From Prorocentrum cordatum (lineage: Eukaryota), in assembly GCA_963575745.1 (NCBI GenBank), contig CAUYUJ010000001.1, forward strand, positions 682,001-746,000: a stretch of DNA of 64,000 nt. Direction: 5' to 3'. This document shows, in pieces, positions 57,455-64,000 of the stretch; the stretch's first letter is position 1; each line of letters begins with the position of its first letter. The notes under the pieces were generated by a model that did not search any database, was not told the origin of the DNA, and saw only the letters and a list, made by a program, of their open reading frames with translations. The translations under genes and the position numbers were made by a program.

Positions 57455-58574
57455 TCCCTTTCTCTCTCCGTTCCTCCCCCCCTGTTCCTCGCCTCCGTCG
57501 GTCCGCCCTTCCCCCCCTCGTTGCTCGCCTCCTCGCCTCGGCCCCCTCCGCTTTCCGCCCCCCCCCCCTCTTTCCCCGCCTCCTCCTTCGGGGCGGGGGT
57601 GGAGAGGGGGGGGTGAGGAAGGGGGTATAGGGTCACGGGCGAGAATGACATTGACAGGGGGAAAGCCGGACATTCTGGAGACGGCGAAAGCAGGGAATAC
57701 GGAGGAGAAGGAGGAGGACGAGGAGGAGGAGGAGGAGAAGGAAGAAGAAGAAGAAGAAGAAGAATAAGGGAGGAGCGTGACAGTAAAACGGCAGGCAGGG
57801 TTTGAAGGAGAAGGCTTATAAGGGCGACGAGGCCAAGAAGGGTCAGGCTCGGGGTGCGGGGGCAGGGGGAGACGGACGAGGGAGGGAAAAGGAGGGGAAG
57901 GCCGTCGACGGAGCGCCCTGAGAAGCGGGATGCCCCGTCGAGCGGGGCGCGCAAGCGCCCCGCTCGACGGGGCATCTTTCCCTGGCGTTCATTGCCCCCA
58001 GAGCGGGGCGCGAAGGCGCCGTTGCGTCTGCGACCGAACCGCCCTCTTCGAACATCTGACAGGACTTGCGCCGATTCCGCCGCCTCCCCGACTTTGCCGC
58101 CACCCTCCTTCACCTCCCCATTTGTATTACAGTCAACCCGTAGAATAAGGATGCGCGACAATGATGCAAGGGCGTCGGACGCCCAGTTCGAAGCGTTTCG
58201 AGCGGGGTGCGGCCAACGAAAGTGCCCCAGGATGGATCCAGGCAGCAAGGATGCAAGGGTGCCTTTTGGGAGGGATGCTTATCCTTACTCTGCGGGTCGA
58301 CTGTATCCTCTCTTCCTCCTGGGCCTGCTTGTCGGTCAATCCTGCTTCGGCCTCGGGGAGGTTCGGTTCGAGGAAGGTCCGCAGATGGGCCCTCGTCACG
58401 TCCAGCTCCACGGGCGTCACCGACGGGGTGGGCAGGGCGAACATCGACTTGCGCCTGCCGCACACGTAGATCCTCGCCAGCAGCGGGGGGGCGACGGCAA
58501 TTGCGGTAGGAACAGGGGGTGAGAGCGGAGGGGGGCGGGGGGGGGGAGGAGGATGAGGGGGAAGAGGAGGAGGA

Positions 58575-58606
<32 letters not shown>

Positions 58607-59710
58607 GACGAGGACGAGGGGGACGAGGAGGCGGAGGAGGAGGAGGAGGAGGAGGACGGGGGGGAGGAGGAGGACGGGGGGGAGGAGGGGCAGCATGAGC
58701 AGGAACAGGAGCAGGAGCAGGAGGCGGAGCAGGAGGAGAGGAGGGGGGGAGGAAGTGGCAAGGCAGAGGAGGAGAAGGAGGATGAGGACGACGACGACGA
58801 CCAAGTCCTGGCCCTGGACTGGGGTAGGCCGTGGTGGGCGGCGTCCACGTGCCAAGCCCAGATAGCAAATCCCCGCATGTTATGTTTCAGGTACTGCAAG
58901 ATCACTTCCTCGGGGGATGCAGAGTCACCAGCGTGGTCGCTCAGCCCGCGAACACTCTCCAGGACGAAGGCCGTGAACTTTTTGGATTTGCGCCTGGACT
59001 GGTGAATGATGTGCTTGATGCACTGGGTGAACACGTCTGAGCGAGCGTCGTCCCAGGCCCCGCCTGAGCTGACCCAAGGAACGCAACGACGACTACAGGC
59101 GAGTAGGGGGGGAGAGGACGACGAGGTTAAGGGAGAGGAGGAGGGGGAGGAGGAGGAGGAGGAGGAGGAGGAGGAGGAGGAGGAGGAGGAGTGAAGGAAG
59201 GAAGGAAGGAAGGGAGGGAGAGGATGCCCTCCGCCCTCCATGCCTTGGCCATTCGGAGGGGGAGGAGGAGGAGGAGGAGGAGGAGGAGGAGGAGGAGGAG
59301 GAGGAGGAGTGCAGGAGAGGGGGGAGAGGATGCCGTCCGCCCTCCAAGCCTTGGCCATTCTTACTGAATGGCGGACACGGAGGGCCCGCTATCGCGAGCT
59401 CCACGTCTGGGACGTCCCGAGGGTTCACATTGAAGATATCACCATCAGTCTTGCCGACGTTGACCGTGCCACCACCAGGGGATCGATCATGAACCCATTG
59501 CACAGCGCCCAGAAGCGTCTTCTCGAAATCATAAGAGTGGGCCTCTGGAATTGCCCCCATCCTTTGAAGGGCGAGCACTGGCGTGTCGAGTCCACAGCAC
59601 ATGGAGAGAACCACAATAGAGCGCGCGAGGCACTCACCCGATACATTCCTGGCATGCTCTTCCCACGAGCTAGCATGGATCAGACTGCGTGGTCGCTTCT
59701 TGGGCGCCAT
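56840..59710 (-). CDS. C5-cytosine DNA methyltransferase, canonical motif order (375 aa, 4 exons)
   Basis: Exons 59710-59350, 59063-58808, 58472-58325 and 57202-56840 total 1128 nt in frame. Motifs I LSMCCG, III GDI, IV AGPPCPPFS, V DDARSDVF, VI VLESV, VIII GLPQSRARIY, IX RFLTRLERFRLLG, X SGNAM; N-terminal PKKRPR is NLS-like. Confidence 0.9.
58130..58303. mobile_element. Tc1/mariner-like MITE (174 bp) in DNMT intron 3
   Basis: TA|CAGTCAACCCGTAGAATAAGGAT ... ATCCTTACTCTGCGGGTCGACTG|TA: 23-bp TIRs with 3 mismatches, CAGT termini, TA flanks. Confidence 0.75.
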
Positions 59711-60504
59711 CGTTCGGGGGATGGCTAATCGAGGCGTCGGTGGGCCACGCGCCCTCCCCTCCCCCTCTGATTTAGATCCCCCCCACCACGGGGGAATCTG
59801 AAAAAGATGGCAGGCGCGTGGCCCGCCGATGTTTCAATTAGCCAATATCTGCGCATATGTATCTTTCAATGCCGAGTCGCCGTGGACTCGAGCCTAGCAG
59901 CAGAGGGAGCGGCGACGGGTGTCCCGGCGAGCGTTCCAGCGAGTGCCCCGGCAAAGGCTCGCGTCCCCCTGGCAACGCCTCGAGAGTGGAAGGGCGGGCC
60001 CCAGGGGGGAGGGGCCGAGGGGGGAGCGGGAGAAGGGTGGGAGGGGGGTAGGGAGGAAGGGAGGGGGGGCAGAGGGGGAGGGAAGAGGAAGGATAAACTC
60101 AGGCGAAGCGCTGCGGCCTGGCCGAAGCCCAGCCCTGAGCATTAGCTCGATTTCGGGGGTTGCTTCAGATACGCCTCGAGGGGCGGGGGTGGCCCCCCAA
60201 CTTTTTCCGACCGCCCTCCTCCACCATCCCTCATCATTACCCTCCTTTCCTTGCTCTTCTTCCCCCTCCTCTTTCTCCTCGTCCGCAGCCCTCCGCATCC
60301 CCCCTCAGCCGATCCCGCTTCTGCTGCTGATCCCCCCCGTGTTTTCCGCCTCCCTCCCCCAGCCCTTCCCCCCTCCCCTCCGTCCACCCGTTGGCCTCCG
60401 CCATCGCGGACGTCATTTCCTCGACGCCACCGCGCAAGTGTTCAGCGCAGCAATGAGCGAACGCAAAAAACAGCACAGAGTCTCCACGCACACCCACCTA
60501 TATG

Positions 60505-60541
<37 letters not shown>

Positions 60542-60554
60542 CCCCGCCACCCAA

Positions 60555-63483
60555 CTAAGTGTAGGAAAATGCAGAATTTTCTTCCACCCATGGAAGGAGC
60601 CGGAGGCGGGCGAATATTGCCCTCTCCCACCTCCGCCTGTGCGCAGCCTGCGCTATGCATTTAATCGTGTGGTTGAGGCTCTCATCCAAAAAACAGGAAT
60701 ACAAGCGTGGGTTACCGTGTTCAGGTATACCCAAAGTGAGGTGGATAAAAGCATGGAGCTTAGGGATATCATAAGCCTCTGACATTGCAATGAGGCTCAC
60801 GTGCCTGATTGCTAAATGCAGCAGGCGCGAGTACTGAACCTGCGTCAGCAAACAAGGGGCCGCCTTGACAATGCTAAGATATTCGATCAAGCACTCGCCT
60901 GCCGCCAAAAAGATTTCGCCGTTCTTGATCACGGCCCGATACCTACGGCACAGGTCCACTGCCCATTTCAAAAGAACGCCTGTCTCAGCAGCCTTCGCCT
61001 TGAACTCGGGCGACTCAGAAGTCCCCAGCATCGATGGCGTCAAGTTGGAGAGACGGGCGTTGTGGGGAATCCTCGATGCACGATACCAGCGATTGATGTC
61101 GTTCCACACCTGTTTGGACCCAAGGTCTTTGAGTCTGGCCTCACTTACCTGCCACACGTTCGCATCCAGCGTGGCCCAGATGATGTGGGCGATCAGAATT
61201 TGAATCACTCCAAGATGTACTGTGTGTAGCATGTCTACCATGAGGTGTTTCTGCGTAAGGCCAGTAGATGGGTGGAACAATGGATTCCGATGTAGCGTGC
61301 TGACCAAAGGCCGCCGACGAGCATCGCGCGGCACGCGCCAGAACGTCGCCGTAAACGGCAAGGGCTTGCTGTCGAACGTTCCAACGTCAAATAAATCAGC
61401 CGACGGCTCGAGGCGATCACCAACTTTTAAATTATACTCTGGCATGTCTTCTCCGAGGATCATGCCCACGGGGTCCTTTTTCTGGTCGAAATGAAGAACA
61501 CCCTCATTCAAAATCCGAGTTCGAACCGCTTCACTGTCAACGTGCACTGTGTGTTCACATCGAAGGCATTCAGCGTCATAAGCTGGTGCCTCGCCCCACC
61601 TGTGTCCATGCTCGGACACGTGGTTTACGTTCAAGCCGCCGTCGCCAAAAAGGCAATGACGGTCCACCCTGCACTTCCCCCGTTCCCTCTCCTCATCACC
61701 GTTCCCCTGCTTCTGTATTGATCGACCTTCCTGCCTTTCCGCCCCTCATCTCCCCCCTCGCCCTGCTAGCGATGCCTAACCCCATCCCACCGCTGCCTCG
61801 ATCTCGTGTACCTCCACAGCCCCTTCAGATTTCCCATCATCCTCCCGCCTCCTCCCTCGCCCTCTCCTCGAGCCCTCGGCCATCTACGCCGCCCCTCCCT
61901 GTCCTATTCTTTATTCTTCGTCGTCTTCCACCCTCCCCCCTCTGCCCCCCCCTGGGCCTGGCGGCGGGGCTTCGGCAGAATACGGACAAGTTTGATTTGG
62001 GGCAAGCGCAGTATATGCATGGTCTGTGGTAGGATTGCCAGTTTATGAACCCAAATGTTGACGCGTGCTCCATCCAATCCCCCTTGATTTCCACGCACAG
62101 AAATCTGGCTGGGAGGTTTCGATCCATATTCTCATATATGCTTCCAGGGGGATACGCAGAGCCGTCGCATTGTCGAGGGGGGCGTACTCCTAGGGCAGCG
62201 GCTTCGAGGCACCAGCGGATGAATTCCATAATCCCATGTAGCGTACACCACCCTCTGCACCCGCATTTGCAATTATCCCGTTTCGAAATGCATGCTATTT
62301 CGTGGCGTTTCCCAGATGCTAAGTTGTATGCTGTGAAGTTTAGCAGGGTGTCAGTCTTCCCAACCTGCGCGGCGCGAGTGTAGCGGACGCCGTCGCAGTA
62401 AAGGGCCATAGGGTAGACCATTCTGTCGTCACCTGGGAGGTGCCTGAACTTGTGTTCCTCAAACGCTTTCTGCCAGTTGCAATCTCTGGCGCGGCGGTGC
62501 ATGCTACCTTCGTCGAGAGAGTCGAGGCCGTCGAGTTCGAGTTCGCTGACTGGGTGGCATTTAATGGGCGCGCATCCGCTCGGGGGGGTGGGAATTCAAA
62601 CGATGAGCGCGGGGGTTTCCAAATGCTTGTAACACCCCAAGCACCGCCACAATAACAGCGGGGGGAAATGATCCAGGCGCGGGTGCACGATCCATTAGAT
62701 GCCGCCCAGCTATGACGAGACTCTCGTGAATGGGAGCGACAAGGACGCCTTTCTCCTCTCTGGGGGTCCAAACATCCCTGGCACAGCGATGCCATATGTG
62801 CTCGCGATGCCTGCGCCGCCTAGCCCAATGGGCCCACCAAGACAGTTTTCCGAGCTCGAGCCCTGCCGTTGCAAGAGGTGCAAGCCCCCGCCTCGCGAAA
62901 AGGAAAGCCAGCCCAAATGGGTACAGGAGAAGGGGGGGTGGGCGCAAGGAGTGCCCCAGTCAGCCTCGCCTCAGAGTCGGCCAGCAGCTCGCCTCAGAAT
63001 CGCCTCAGAGTGCCCCAGTCAGCCTCAGCCTCGCTGATTTTCGAAGTCCAAAACCATGTTTTCACATTTGGGTTGGGCGGGAAGGAGTGGGGTTGGGTGG
63101 GAGGGGGTGCCAAGATTCGGACGATCCCAGAAGTCCTGCCTCTTAGTTTTGACGCGCATGGGGAGCTTGATGGTCAGCAGCTCCACATTTGACGAAACGG
63201 GCAGGTGCCTGTCAAGATGTTTCTGGAAGCTCCCTGAATCTGCGTCTGGGTGTTTCTTTAGCTTGGCCAGTAGGTCTCCTTTTGCACCTGCCTTTGACGC
63301 AAGGAAACATAGCGTGCACAATCCGCGAGCAGATAGTCGGCCACGGCAATACAACGTCAACAATTCCTGCTCCAGCTGCTTGCCATAATGCTTCTCCTCA
63401 TCTAATCTGTCTGCTCCATCCCTCTCCCACTCCTCGCGCTCCCACTCTCGGCTGCCTGCTGGCTCCCATCGGCGCGCACTCAT
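60555..63483 (-). CDS. CMC-superfamily DDE transposase of element 2 (about 4 exons)
   Basis: Exons 63483-63140, 62759-~62675, ~62550-~61958 and ~61668-60555. Motifs LYCDGV, CKCGCRGWC, KGDW, CIYC, DMLHTVHLG, KAAE, PKLHAFIH, LDESLN. Middle junctions approximate. Confidence 0.85.
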
Positions 63484-63684
63484 GGGCGCGAACGGGCTGC
63501 AATTCCTGCATGTGGGGTGGCTCGGACCAAAAACGGTTGGCCGAAATGGAACCCATGCGCCCGCGCCCCAAATCAGATCGCCCATCGGGCTCGCCTCCCT
63601 CCCGCCCGCCTCCCTCCTCGACGCCTGCCCAGCCCTTGGGGGGCAGGGCGGTGCTTTCGGGCGGCCCCTGTCCCGGCCACGGGG

Positions 63685-63825
63685 ATCAGCGGGAAATCAG
63701 CGGGAAATCAGCGGGCCATCAGCGGGAAATCAGCGGCCATTTTTTGTGTACAGTATCAGGGAAAGTGCCCCCGTCAGCGGGGCATCAGCGGGACATCAGC
63801 GGGAAATCAGCGGGAAATCAGCGGG
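63685..63825. repeat. Two clusters of an 11-bp tandem repeat ATCAGCGGGAA upstream of transposase 2
   Basis: About five copies each at 63685-63737 and 63774-63825. Confidence 0.85.
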
Positions 63826-64000
63826 GCGTCTGGGGGGCCTCTGGGGGGGGTCTGGGGGGCGTCTGGGGGGGGTTCGGGGGGGCGCAGGGGCCTCGGGGGG
63901 GGGGGGGGCGAGGGTCAAAGGGACCTCCGCGAAGGGGATTGAGGGTCGGCAGGGGGTCGCGGGAGGTCGGCTGCGGGTCAGCGGGAGCAATTCGGCGCCG

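Noticed and set aside
56840..59710. Bacterial restriction-modification or prophage interpretation of the DNMT
   Set aside because: The gene has spliceosomal-type introns, no adjacent nuclease was recognised, and it lies beside a eukaryotic transposase.

Overview
Eukaryotic, GC-rich, repeat-saturated DNA that reads as a dinoflagellate nuclear genome. Support: degenerate DinoSL spliced-leader relics upstream of ORFs, introns with GC/GA donors, and a methyltransferase-bearing DIRS-type retroelement. The species cannot be determined from sequence alone. Left third: an intronless, SL-relic-preceded gene encoding two tandem vanadium-haloperoxidase-like domains plus a GDPH domain, embedded in satellites, and a decayed LINE RNase H fragment. 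Middle: a full-length tyrosine-recombinase retrotransposon (20071-26736) with split direct repeats A-ORFs-B-A-B, gag, RT-RNaseH-cytosine methyltransferase and a frameshifted YR. Right half (main finding): two giant CMC (EnSpm/CACTA-like) DNA transposons inserted 3 bp apart at TA sites. The first is complete (35034-53525, 18.5 kb, 34-bp TIRs); the second starts at 53531 and runs off the window. In both, a spliced DDE transposase gene is followed on the same strand by an intact spliced C5-cytosine methyltransferase gene, and the two MTases are of different types. All exon models were built by hand from homology and splice dinucleotides and need RNA confirmation. Most ORFs in the supplied track are artefacts of microsatellites.
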